Shown in pieces: positions 53,721-64,000 of a stretch of DNA of 64,000 bases. How positions within the stretch are numbered: position 1 is the first letter of the stretch; each line of letters starts with the position of its first letter. Both the position numbers and the translations under genes were made by a program. Location: assembly GCA_965226885.1 (NCBI GenBank), contig CBDDEL010000014.1:512001-576000 (forward strand). Direction: 5' to 3'. The notes under the pieces were generated by a model. That model saw nothing but the letters and a program-made list of their open reading frames with translations. It was not told the origin of the DNA and made no database searches. This DNA is from Opitutales bacterium. Lineage in GTDB: Bacteria; Verrucomicrobiota; Verrucomicrobiia; Opitutales; UBA2987.

Positions 53721-55175
53721 ATGATAAGATTGACCGATCAAGAGATTGAAGCCATCGCGGAAAAGATAGCCCGCATTCAGCAGGCGTCCCTGGCGGCTGG
53801 AATTCCCGCCGGTCTCGTTCCATCCGCAGTTTCTCTTCCCAGTCAAAACCTGGGCGTATTTCCCACCGTCGAAGCGGCCGTGGCGGCGGCCAAAATAGCT
53901 CAAATATCGTGGGTGGCCCTCCCGCTCGACCATCGCCGCCGGATCATCGCCGCAATTCGCGAAGTAATGCTGGAAAACGCGGCGCCCCTGGCCAAGGCGG
54001 CCCACGATGAAACCGGTTTGGGACGGTTTGAGGACAAGGTTGTAAAAAATCGCCTGGTGACGGAAAAAACCCCCGGCATTGAGGAGCTTCAACCCATTTC
54101 CTACACTGGCGATCACGGTCTTACCTTGCAGGAATCGGCGCCCTTCGGCGTCATCGGGGCCATCACCCCGACGACCAACCCCACTTCCACCATCATTTGT
54201 AATTCCATCGGCATGATCGCGGCCGGCAACAGCGTCGCTTTCAACGTCCATCCCAACGCCAAAAGCTGTTCCGCCCAGACCATTGTTTTGCTCAATAAAA
54301 CGATCCTGAACGAAGGCGGGCCGGAAAATCTGGTCACCACGGTGGCCACGCCGACCATCCAGAGCGCCCAGGCCCTCATGGCCCATAAGGATGTCCGGCT
54401 GGTGGTGGTCACAGGCGGTCCTGGGGTGGTCAAAGCGGCCCAACAGAGCGGCAAGCGAGCCATTTGCGCCGGGCCGGGCAATCCCCCCGTGGTGGTCGAT
54501 GAGACCGCAGATATGGCCAATGCCGCCAAATGTATCGTTCTGGGCGCCTCGACCGACAATAACATCATTTGCACGAATGAGAAAGAGGTCGTCGTAGTTT
54601 CCAGTGTGGCCGACCAGTTGATGGCGGCCTTCGAGGACCGCCAGGATGCCTATATCATTTCTTCCGAACAAATGGCTCAACTCGAAAATGTCATTTTTAC
54701 GGAAATGCACGGACCAAGACAAAAGGCCAGGGTAAATCCTGCCTGCATCGGCAAAAACGCCAATGTCATCCTGCGGCAGATCGGTCTCGATTTACCGGAT
54801 ACGATTCGCCTGGGCATCGTAGAAGTCAATGAAGGCCATCCACTACTTTGGACCGAGCAAATGATGCCGATCATGCCGGTAACCCGGGTGCCCAATGCCG
54901 ATTACGCCATCGACCTGGCCGTCAAAATGGAAAGCGGCTGCCGCCATACCGCCGTCATGCATTCGAAGAACATCGACAACCTGAGCCGCATGGCGCGTGA
55001 GTGCAATTGCAGTATTTTCGTTAAAAACGGCCGCTCCCAGGCAGGCCTCGGTCTGGATGGCGAAGGCTATTGTTCCTTTACCATCGCCAGTCCCACGGGG
55101 GAAGGACTAACCGGACCGCGTTCCTTTTCGCGCTGGCGTAGGTGTACTTTGGTGGACGCTTTCAGGATCATCTGA
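53721..55175 (+). CDS. CoA-acylating aldehyde dehydrogenase (EutE/PduP-like) with encapsulation peptide
   Basis: ETGLGR..DK..KN, PFGVIGAITPTTNP, TGGPGVV, AGPGNPP, NNIICTNEK, SPTGEGLT..RRC. Confidence 0.93.
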   Translation: MIRLTDQEIEAIAEKIARIQQASLAAGIPAGLVPSAVSLPSQNLGVFPTVEAAVAAAKIAQISWVALPLDHRRRIIAAIREVMLENAAPLAKAAHDETGLGRFEDKVVKNRLVTEKTPGIEELQPISYTGDHGLTLQESAPFGVIGAITPTTNPTSTIICNSIGMIAAGNSVAFNVHPNAKSCSAQTIVLLNKTILNEGGPENLVTTVATPTIQSAQALMAHKDVRLVVVTGGPGVVKAAQQSGKRAICAGPGNPPVVVDETADMANAAKCIVLGASTDNNIICTNEKEVVVVSSVADQLMAAFEDRQDAYIISSEQMAQLENVIFTEMHGPRQKARVNPACIGKNANVILRQIGLDLPDTIRLGIVEVNEGHPLLWTEQMMPIMPVTRVPNADYAIDLAVKMESGCRHTAVMHSKNIDNLSRMARECNCSIFVKNGRSQAGLGLDGEGYCSFTIASPTGEGLTGPRSFSRWRRCTLVDAFRII

Positions 55176-55179
55176 TTTG

Positions 55180-55827
55180 ATGAAAAAGCATCCTGCCATT
55201 GCCACCGTTGAATTTCAGAATATCGCCGTGGGCCTTCATACCACGGACGCCATGCTGAAAAGAGCGCCCATCGACCTCATTAAGTCGGGCACCATCAGCC
55301 GCGGACGCTTTCTCACCCTGATTGCCGGTACGACGGCCTCCGTGGATGAATCCTACCACACGGGGCTCATCCTGGGCGGCGACAGCGTGGTGGACAGCGT
55401 GCTCCTGGTGGACGTGCATTGCGATGTGCATGACGCCGTATTCGGTCAACGCACGCCCTGCCTGCCCCTGGCCACAGCCATAATGGAAACCGATACCGTT
55501 TCCAGCAACATCAGGGCGGCCGAAATGGCCCTCAAGGGCACCGACGTCAGCCTGGTCGAGATTCGTTTGGCCGACAGCCTTTTATCGGGCAAAGGACTCA
55601 GCATCTACCAGGGCGAACTCCATGAAATCGAATCGGCCATGGAGATCGCGGGAAACTTCCTGAACTCCCGAAAGATTGAGTTTACGGAGAAAATCATCGC
55701 CTCGCCCCACGAGGGTCTGGTCGAGCAAATCAATTTCACGACCTCTTTCAACAAAGCGAAATACCTCGAACTGGAAGGCGAAGGGAATTACCTGCCTGGA
55801 TTTGAAGCTCTGTCTGGCAGGTTTTAA
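55180..55827 (+). CDS. BMC-T shell protein (PduT-like, single layer)
   Basis: Two BMC domains: EFQNIAVG..DAMLK..; ETDTVSS..AAE.ALKGTDV.L.EIRLA..GKG; lacks the PduT Fe-S Cys. Confidence 0.85.
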   Translation: MKKHPAIATVEFQNIAVGLHTTDAMLKRAPIDLIKSGTISRGRFLTLIAGTTASVDESYHTGLILGGDSVVDSVLLVDVHCDVHDAVFGQRTPCLPLATAIMETDTVSSNIRAAEMALKGTDVSLVEIRLADSLLSGKGLSIYQGELHEIESAMEIAGNFLNSRKIEFTEKIIASPHEGLVEQINFTTSFNKAKYLELEGEGNYLPGFEALSGRF

Positions 55828-55845
55828 GATTATTCAAATGTCATA

Positions 55846-56133
55846 ATGAAATTGGGTCGCGTCATTGGAACGGTGGTTTGCTCGGTGCTTTACGAGGGGT
55901 TGGAAGGCGTTCCCATGCTGTGGGTGCAGCCCTTGGACAAAAACCTCGAACCGAAGGGAAATTCTCTGGTGGCGGCGGACCAGACGAGGGCCGCCGGTCC
56001 CGGAGAATTGGTGAATTTTGAGGGCGGGCGCGAGGCGGCTATGGCCCTCGATATCACCTTCGTGCCGGTCGATCACACCATTATCGGGATTATCGACGGT
56101 GTGAATACGATTAGCGGAGAGCAGGGCGCATGA
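55846..56133 (+). CDS. BMC-P vertex protein (EutN/CcmL)
   Basis: GRVIGTVV..VAAD..AGPGE..GREAA..PVDHTIIGIID. Confidence 0.92.
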   Translation: MKLGRVIGTVVCSVLYEGLEGVPMLWVQPLDKNLEPKGNSLVAADQTRAAGPGELVNFEGGREAAMALDITFVPVDHTIIGIIDGVNTISGEQGA

Positions 56134-56411
56134 TCATCGGCAATGTTATCGGAGATGTGTTTTCCACCATCAACCATCCGTTTTACGACGGCAAAAAATT
56201 ACTCATGGTGGAAACGACCGATTTTTCGGGCAAACCGGATGGAGATTACGTCATAGCCATCGATTACGCCCAGGCCGGGGTGGGGGACCAAGTGCTCGTC
56301 CTGGACGAAGGCAATGGTGCCCGCCAGGTGGTTGACGATTCCACCGCTCCGCTTCGCTCCATCATCGTCGGCGTGGTGGACCATGTTGAAATTGGGACGA
56401 ACTCACTTTAG
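56130..56411 (+). CDS. BMC-P vertex protein (EutN/CcmL)
   Basis: [33 protein letters not shown]. Confidence 0.92.
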   Translation: MIIGNVIGDVFSTINHPFYDGKKLLMVETTDFSGKPDGDYVIAIDYAQAGVGDQVLVLDEGNGARQVVDDSTAPLRSIIVGVVDHVEIGTNSL

Positions 56412-56927
56412 GGCGAATTGAAATGCCTGCTGGCTGCCTTCCAGTCTAAGGAGCGCTTCTTTGATGGGTAAACCGCCTCCGAAACCGGTCAGTGTGCCAT
56501 CGCTGCCGATCACCCGGTGACAGGGCACTATAATGGCGATGGGATTTTTTCCGTTGGCCCCACCCACTGCGCGGACCGCTCTGGGGTTCCCGATTTGATC
56601 CGCCAACTGACCGTATGAAATCGTCTCACCGTAGGGAATGGAGCGCAGGGCTTTCCACACGCCCATTTGAAAATCCGTTCCCCGTGGGGCCAACGGCAGA
56701 TCGAATTGCTTTAAATCACCAGCAAAATAAGCTTTCAGTTGTTTCACCACCTGAGCAAACCTCGCATCATCCTGAACCCAGTCCCTCTTAGGTTTAAAAG
56801 GATGGGGGCCCTCCTGAAAATCGAGCCCAGTCAGACTCTCGCCGTTTCCCGTCAAGAGGAGTTTGCCTACGGGACTTTTTACAATTGTATAAAAAAAAGA
56901 GTGTTTTTCCAGTTTCATTGCCTCCAT
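56403..56927 (-). CDS. ogt: Methylated-DNA-protein-cysteine methyltransferase
   Basis: GTDFQ..VW..IPYGET.SY, RAVG, PCHRV. Confidence 0.95.
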   Translation of the reverse strand: MEAMKLEKHSFFYTIVKSPVGKLLLTGNGESLTGLDFQEGPHPFKPKRDWVQDDARFAQVVKQLKAYFAGDLKQFDLPLAPRGTDFQMGVWKALRSIPYGETISYGQLADQIGNPRAVRAVGGANGKNPIAIIVPCHRVIGSDGTLTGFGGGLPIKEALLRLEGSQQAFQFALK

Positions 56928-57190
56928 TATATAATGATTTTTGCTTAAAAGCTGGCCATTATCGGACTTTGTTATCGAAAAATAAGCATCGATAATTCGC
57001 CCTTATAATTGTGATTTTAAAGTGCAAGAAGCCTTACATCGCCAATAAAACTCTCTAATGTTTGGAGATGAGGTCGGACACTAGAAGGGAAGGCGTTTGT
57101 TAATCGTCGAGGGACGACAAGTTTTACTCGCGTTTCGAGTCATCGAAGAGAAATTGATTTACAGAAACACCCTCCTGAATTGTCAACTAG

Positions 57191-58757
57191 CCCGGATATT
57201 TCGTAAAAAAAGTATCGTTTATATGCTTAACTGCTGATATACAGCAGGATAGATCAATAATTAAAGCAATATCAGCGATGACAAAAGGTAAACAATTAAA
57301 GCTACAGTTGACAAGGGTAAAAGGCCGCCGTGTGCGGGTTGATTTCAAGGGCGGAGAGGTTACTTCGGATGCCGGACTGCTTTTGATCCGGGAAGTGGAT
57401 CGGCAGTTGGGCTTGACCGAACGAGCGGCCCGACAGTTAGTGGACAAACGGCAGAAGGGCAAAGTACGCCATGAGGTATTGGGGATGCTGCGGCAGCGCG
57501 TTTACGGGCTGGTGGCGGGCTATGAGGATTTGAACGACTTTGATACCCTGCGCCACGATCCATTGTTGCAAACGGTAACGGGGCGCATTGAAACGTTGGC
57601 CAGCGCGCCGACTTTGTGTCGTTTTGAAAACGGGCAGGATCGGCGGGCGGCCTTTGCGGTAAACGAGCTGTTGGTCGAACAGTTCATGGGCTCCTTTGCC
57701 GAGGAACCCGAAGAGATCATCCTGGACTTTGACGCCACCGACAATCCGGTGCACGGGCTCCAGGAGGGACGTTTTTTCCACGGTTATTATGATCATTACT
57801 GTTTTCTGCCGCTATATGTTTTTTGCGGTGATCAGCTGCTGGTGGCCTACCTGCGGCCGAGCAAGATCGATGCCAGCAAGCATGCTGGGGCCATCCTCAA
57901 ATTGCTGGTTAAACGGATTCGCCAAAGCTGGCCCCGTACGCGGATTATTTGGCGCGCCGACAGTGGATTTTGTCGAGACCGGATACTCTCTTGGTGCGAC
58001 CGCAACGAAGTTAGTTACATCGTGGGGATGGCTCGCAATGCACGCTTGCAGCAAGACGCCCAGCAGTTGCAAAAGCAGGCCAAAGAATGGTTCGAACTAA
58101 GGGGTAAAAAACAACGGTTATTCCAGGACTTCGTCTATGCTGCCGATTCGTGGCGATGGCTGCGGTTGGTCATCCATAAAGCCGCACACACCGCACAGGG
58201 GTCCAACCCGCGCTTCGTGGTGACGAACCTGCCGGGCGATCCCCAGGAGCTTTACGACAAGGTATACTGTGGCCGCGGTGAAATGGAGAACCGAATCAAG
58301 GAACAGATGCAATTGTTCAGCGAGCGCACCAGCGCCCATCAATGGTGGGCCAATCAGTGGCGATTGCTCTTGTCGGCGCTGGCCTACACCTTGATGGAAG
58401 CCATGCGCCGGTTAGCCTTAAAAGGGACGAAGTGGGCGCGGGCCCAATGCCACACCCTGCGGCTCAAATTAATCAAGATCGGAGCGGTCATCGTGCGCAA
58501 CACCCGAACGATTCACTTTCACCTAAGTGAGAGTTATCCTTGGGCCAGTCTTTTCAACCATGCGGCCCGCCGATTGGTGCCAACCTAAAGGGTGCATTGG
58601 TGCTGCCCCCGGCACTACCGAACCAATGGGGGAAAGGGGGCAGTGTCTCTACACCCTGAAAAACACCTAAAAATCAAGACGATCTGCTCAAAATACAAAG
58701 AAATCCATCTCCAATAGCAATAACGAGCCAAACTTTACCCTTCATGAAATATCCGGG
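57191..58757 (+). mobile_element. IS1380-family copy B (intact; transposase 57278-58588)
   Basis: IR CCCGGATATTTC, CTAG on both flanks; TSDAG, LDFDATD, RADSGF, RGEMENRIKE. Confidence 0.96.
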
Positions 58758-58769
58758 CTAGTTCTTTTC

Positions 58770-59441
58770 TTGAAACCGTTTAGCTTCATTTAAGGGCGGA
58801 TTTACCGGTTGAATGAGGGGGCAAGGGATCCCCGGTTGTCCGTGCCAGCAGGAGCATACCATGTGTAATCTCACTAGTGGCGCTATCGGAAACAAAGGGC
58901 AGCGGTTGAGTTGAAATGCCAATACTGATGGGATTTGTCCCAACAATGGGTTCGTGGCCGGAGGGTGCGGCCACTCTGGGAGGTGAATTAGCCGCGACAA
59001 CAGTTGCCACCCCCTTCCGCAGGCCATACGAACCCAATCACCAATCGTTCTGCTCGGGTAGAGAGCGGAGCTTGTAGCGAAGCAGATGTCTTGCTTCTGA
59101 ACCGCACGACAGCCCGCTTCCATTAATCTATGGAGAACCGGGTAACCTAGATGTTAGGCTCCGTCCACATGGAGGCGCCCGGAACCAATACGCCGGGGAG
59201 CGGGCGCTGAGGCATTGCCATAAGGCCCAAATTTACCTGAGGAAACAAGATAATGAATGCGGATCAAGCCGTGGTCCGATTTGCCCGCCCGCTCAGAACG
59301 TATCAGATGATCCACCGTTATGGCGGCGTCTTCCCGGGGCAATTTAAGTTTTGTCTCAAGCATTCCAATCAATGGTTCCCTGAGCGAAGCCACCTTCACC
59401 CTGGTCCTGGGAAATTCCCCGTTTTTCATCATTTCCAACAA
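58770..59441 (-). pseudogene. Ldh2 (malate/L-lactate/sulfolactate-type) dehydrogenase remnant
   Basis: SDHGLIRI, VDGA*, NSPPRVA..GTNPISIG..DSATS spread over several frames. Confidence 0.72.
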
Positions 59442-59499
59442 AGGGGCAAGCCGTTGAGGCTTGTGCTTTGGAGGCTTAAATTATAGCTTAACACCGACC

Positions 59500-60262
59500 A
59501 TGCGAACTGTGAATTGGGATAAATTGAAACCGCCCACCGCCCTTCTGTTTTTTATTTTGACTTCAGTAGTGGCGATTTTGCTGGGTTTCTTCCTGCTCTC
59601 CAGGGAAACCATGGCCTCCTGGTTTCAGGCTGCGGGCTATTATTTTATTTTCGCAACTTTTATTATATGGGCAGCCAGCCTGTGGCCGGAAAAACTGACT
59701 TTTGAGCGGTCCCAAGAGTTCATCCGCGGGCATTGGCCCGCCTTGGCGGTGGCCTTTATTCTGACCGCGGCGGGGATTTTAAACAGCCCGCCGAAATTCC
59801 GCATCCTGGCGGACGAAACGAACCTCATGGGCGTGGCCCTGTCGATGTACAGGGAGCGTTCCGTCGGCAACACCACAGAGGGGTATTATTATTTTGAGAG
59901 CTTTGAGCCGAAAACTACCGTTCAGGGCAAACGTCCGCTCCTTTTCCCCTTTCTCGTATCGGTTCTCCACACAGTTAAAGGTTACAGCGCCTCCAACGGG
60001 TTCGTGCTCAACGCCCTGGCCGGGTTCCTGACCCTATTTTTATTTTACTTTCTGCTCCAGCGGATTTTTTCCAGTGGTTTAGCCCTGCTTGGAATGCTCC
60101 TTCTGGCCTCATTTCCAGTTTATGTTATCGGGGTCTCCTCTAGCGGGTTCGAGATCGTCAATTTACTCTTTGCTTTGATTGCATTCCTCCTGCTGGATGT
60201 CTATTTGGAAAAGCGGGAGCCTCGCCACGCGGAGTTGCTGGGGCTAACCCTCGTGCTCCTAT
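59500..60262 (+). pseudogene. Multi-pass membrane glycosyltransferase-like (GT-C) protein truncated by IS1380
   Basis: Many TM helices, ILADE motif, KRPLLFPFLVS. Confidence 0.6.
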
Positions 60263-61835
60263 CCCGGATATTTCGTAAAAAAAGTATCGTTGATATGCTT
60301 AACTGCTGATATACAGCAGGATAGATCAATAATTAAAGCAATATCAGCGATGACAAAAGGTAAACAATTAAAGCTACAGTTGACAAGGGTAAAAGGCCGC
60401 CGTGTGCGGGTTGATTTCAAGGGCGGAGAGGTTACTTCGGATGCCGGACTGCTTTTGATCCGGGAAGTGGATCGGCAGTTGGGCTTGACCGAACGAGCGG
60501 CCCGACAGTTAGTGGACAAACGGCAGAAGGGCAAAGTACGCCATGAGGTCTTGGGGATGCTGCGGCAGCGCGTTTACGGGCTGGTGGCGGGCTATGAGGA
60601 TTTGAACGACTTTGATACCCTGCGCCACGATCCATTGTTGCAAACGGTAACGGGGCGCATTGAAACGTTGGCCAGCGCGCCGACTTTGTGTCGTTTTGAA
60701 AACGGGCAGGATCGGCGGGCGGCCTTTGCGGTAAACGAGCTGTTGGTCGAACAGTTCATGGGCTCCTTTGCCGAGGAACCCGAAGAGATCATCCTGGACT
60801 TTGACGCCACCGACAATCCGGTGCACGGGCTCCAGGAGGGACGTTTTTTCCACGGTTATTATGATCATTACTGTTTTCTGCCGCTATATGTTTTTTGCGG
60901 TGATCAGCTGCTGGTGGCCTACCTGCGGCCGAGCAAGATCGATGCCAGCAAGCATGCCGGGGCCATCCTCAAATTGCTGGTTAAACGGATTCGCCAAAGC
61001 TGGCCCCGTACGCGGATTATTTGGCGCGCCGACAGTGGATTTTGTCGAGACCGGATACTCTCTTGGTGCGACCGCAACGAAGTTAGTTACATCGTGGGGA
61101 TGGCTCGCAATGCACGCTTGCAGCAAGACGCCCAGCAGTTGCAAAAGCAGGCCAAAGAATGGTTCGAACTAAGGGGTAAAAAACAACGGTTATTCCAGGA
61201 CTTCGTCTATGCTGCCGATTCGTGGCGATGGCTGCGGTTGGTCATCCATAAAGCCGAACACACCGCACAGGGGTCCAACCCGCGCTTCGTGGTGACGAAC
61301 CTGCCGGGCGATCCCCAGGAGCTTTACGACAAGGTATACTGTGGCCGCGGTGAAATGGAGAACCGAATCAAGGAACAGATGCAATTGTTCAGCGAGCGCA
61401 CCAGCGCCCATCAATGGTGGGCCAATCAGTGGCGATTGCTCTTGTCGGCGCTGGCCTACACCTTGATGGAAGCCATGCGCCGGTTAGCCTTAAAAGGGAC
61501 GAAGTGGGCGCGGGCCCAATGCCACACCCTGCGGCTCAAATTAATCAAGATCGGAGCGGTCATCGTGCGCAACACCCGAACGATTCACTTTCACCTAAGT
61601 GAGAGTTATCCTTGGGCCAGTCTTTTCAACCATGCGGCCCGCCGATTGGTGCCAACCTAAAGGGTGCATTGGTGCTGCCCCCGGCACTACCGAACCAATG
61701 GGGGAAAGGGGGCAGTGTCTCTACACCCTGAAAAACACCTAAAAATCAAGACGATCTGCTCAAAATACAAAGAAATCCATCTCCAATAGCAATAGCAATA
61801 ACGAGCCAAACTTTACCCTTCATGAAATATCCGGG
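60263..61835 (+). mobile_element. IS1380 copy C (intact transposase 60350-61660)
   Basis: Full IRs; 6-bp duplication at 61785-61796. Confidence 0.95.
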
Positions 61836-63069
61836 TTAGTGGACAAACGGCAGAAGGGCAAAGTACGCCATGAGGTATTGGGGATGCTGCGGCAGCGCGT
61901 TTACGGGCTGGTGGCGGGCTATGAGGATTTGAACGACTTTGATACCCTGCGCCACGATCCATTGTTGCAAACGGTAACGGGGCGCATTGAAACGTTGGCC
62001 AGCGCGCCGACTTTGTGTCGTTTTGAAAACGGGCAGGATCGGCGGGCGGCCTTTGCGGTAAACGAGCTGTTGGTCGAACAGTTCATGGGCTCTTTTGCCG
62101 AGGAACCCGAAGAGATCATCCTGGACTTTGACGCCACCGACAATCCGGTGCACGGGCTCCAGGAGGGACGTTTTTTCCACGGTTATTATGATCATTACTG
62201 TTTTCTGCCGCTATATGTTTTTTGCGGTGATCAGCTGCTGGTGGCCTACCTGCGGCCGAGCAAGATCGATGCCAGCAAGCATGCCGGGGCCATCCTCAGA
62301 TTGCTGGTTAAACGGATTCGCCAAAGCTGGCCCCGTACGCGGATTATTTGGCGCGCCGACAGTGGATTTTGTCGAGACCGGATACTCTCTTGGTGCGACC
62401 GCAACGAAGTTAGTTACATCGTGGGGATGGCTCGCAATGCACGCTTGCAGCAAGACGCCCAGCAGTTGCAAAAGCAGGCCAAAGAATGGTTCGAACTAAG
62501 GGGTAAAAAACAACGGTTATTCCAGGACTTCGTCTATGCTGCCGATTCGTGGCGATGGCTGCGGTTGGTCATCCATAAAGCCGAACACACCGCACAGGGG
62601 TCCAACCCGCGCTTCGTGGTGACGAACCTGCCGGGCGATCCCCAGGAGCTTTACGACAAGGTATACTGTGGCCGCGGTGAAATGGAGAACCGAATCAAGG
62701 AACAGATGCAATTGTTCAGCGAGCGCACCAGCGCCCATCAATGGTGGGCCAATCAGTGCCGATTGCTCTTGTCGGCGCTGGCCTACACCTTGATGGAAGC
62801 CATGCGCCGGTTAGCCTTAAAAGGGACGAAGTGGGCGCGGGCCCAATGCCACACCCTGCGGCTCAAATTAATCAAGATCGGAGCGGTCATCGTGCGCAAC
62901 ACCCGAACGATTCACTTTCACCTAAGTGAGAGTTATCCTTGGGCCAGTCTTTTCAACCATGCGGCCCGCCGATTGGTGCCAACCTAAAGGGTGCATTGGT
63001 GCTGCCCCCGGCACTACCGAACCAATGGGGGAAAGGGGGCAGTGTCTCTACACCCTGAAAAACACCTAA
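61836..63069 (+). mobile_element. IS1380 copy D (internal fragment, both ends cut)
   Basis: Begins at an internal TTAG, ends at an internal CTAA. Confidence 0.92.
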
Positions 63070-63903
63070 CCCGGATATTTCGTAAAAAAAGTATCGTTGA
63101 TATGCTTAACTGCTGATATACAGCAGGATAGATCAATAATTAAAGCAATATCAGCGATGACAAAAGGTAAACAATTAAAGCTACAGTTGACAAGGGTAAA
63201 AGGCCGCCGTGTGCGGGTTGATTTCGGTTGATTTCAAGGGCGGAGAGGTTACTTCGGATGCCGGACTGCTTTTGATCCGGGAAGTGGATCGGCAGTTGGG
63301 CTTGACCAAACGAGCGGCCCGACAGTTAGTGGACAAACGGCAGAAGGGCAAAGTACGCCATGAGGTATTGGGGATGCTGCGGCAGCGCGTTTACGGGCTG
63401 GTGGCGGGCTATGAGGATTTGAACGACTTTGATACCCTGCGCCACGATCCATTGTTGCAAACGGTAACGGGGCGCATTGAAACGTTGGCCAGCGCGCCGA
63501 CTTTGTGTCGTTTTGAAAACGGGCAGGATCGGCGGGCGGCCTTTGCGGTAAACGAGCTGTTGGTCGAACAGTTCATGGGCTCCTTTGCCGAGGAACCCGA
63601 AGAGATCATCCTGGACTTTGACGCCACCGACAATCCGGTGCACGGGCTCCAGGAGGGACGTTTTTTCCACGGTTATTATGATCATTACTGTTTTCTGCCG
63701 CTATATGTTTTTTGCGGTGATCAGCTGCTGGTGGCCTACCTGCGGCCGAGCAAGATCGATGCCAGCAAGCATGCCGGGGCCATCCTCAAATTGCTGGTTA
63801 AACGGATTCGCCAAAGCTGGCCCCGAACGCGGATTATTTGGCGCGCCGACAGTGGATTTTGTCGAGACCGGATACTCTCTTGGTGCGACCGCAACGAAGT
63901 TAG
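63070..63903 (+). mobile_element. IS1380 copy E (5' half, frameshifted)
   Basis: Left IR; 10-bp duplication 63216-63235; ends at an internal TTAG. Confidence 0.92.
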
Positions 63904-64000
63904 CCCGGATATTTCATGAAGGGTAAAGTTTGGCTCGTTATTGCTATTGGAGATGGATTTCTTTGTATTTTGAGCAGATCGTCTTGATTTTTAGGTGTTT
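63904..64000 (-). mobile_element. IS1380 copy F (right end, runs off window)
   Basis: CCCGGATATTTCATGAAG, same as 46390. Confidence 0.9.

Noticed and set aside
53682..54722. 346-aa minus-strand ORF and similar long antisense ORFs (42623-43525, 7319-8095, 52267-53067)
   Set aside because: Shadows of well-supported genes on the opposite strand

Overview
IS-saturated, actively decaying bacterial genome segment, probably Verrucomicrobiota/Opitutales (inferred from protein styles, not confirmed by search). By my coordinate sum about 20.6 kb (~32%) is insertion sequence: 2 IS21, 3 IS1, 1 IS3, two different IS630 elements (2 copies each), 6 full or partial IS1380 copies, and nested remnants. Many genes are pseudogenes (subtilase, acetolactate synthase, hrpB, two PhyH dioxygenases, a beta-propeller hydrolase, an Ldh2-family dehydrogenase, a GT-C membrane protein). 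A pervasive signature of 6-32 bp tandem micro-duplications is present and is even visible as differences between near-identical IS copies. In contrast, a 9-gene bacterial microcompartment (BMC) operon at 50104-56411 is fully intact. It encodes an RpiB-DeoC fusion, BMC-T, BMC-H, three BMC-P, a second BMC-T, an acylating aldehyde dehydrogenase, and a triosephosphate isomerase whose N-terminal encapsulation-like peptide is almost identical to that of the dehydrogenase. Other points: tRNA-Leu(GAG), an orphan integron-like attC with a small cassette ORF, a sigma54-type hsp20 promoter with enhancer palindromes, an alpha/beta-hydrolase fused to a SAM-hydrolase-like C-terminal domain, and a decaying catabolic island (28.3-44.1 kb).
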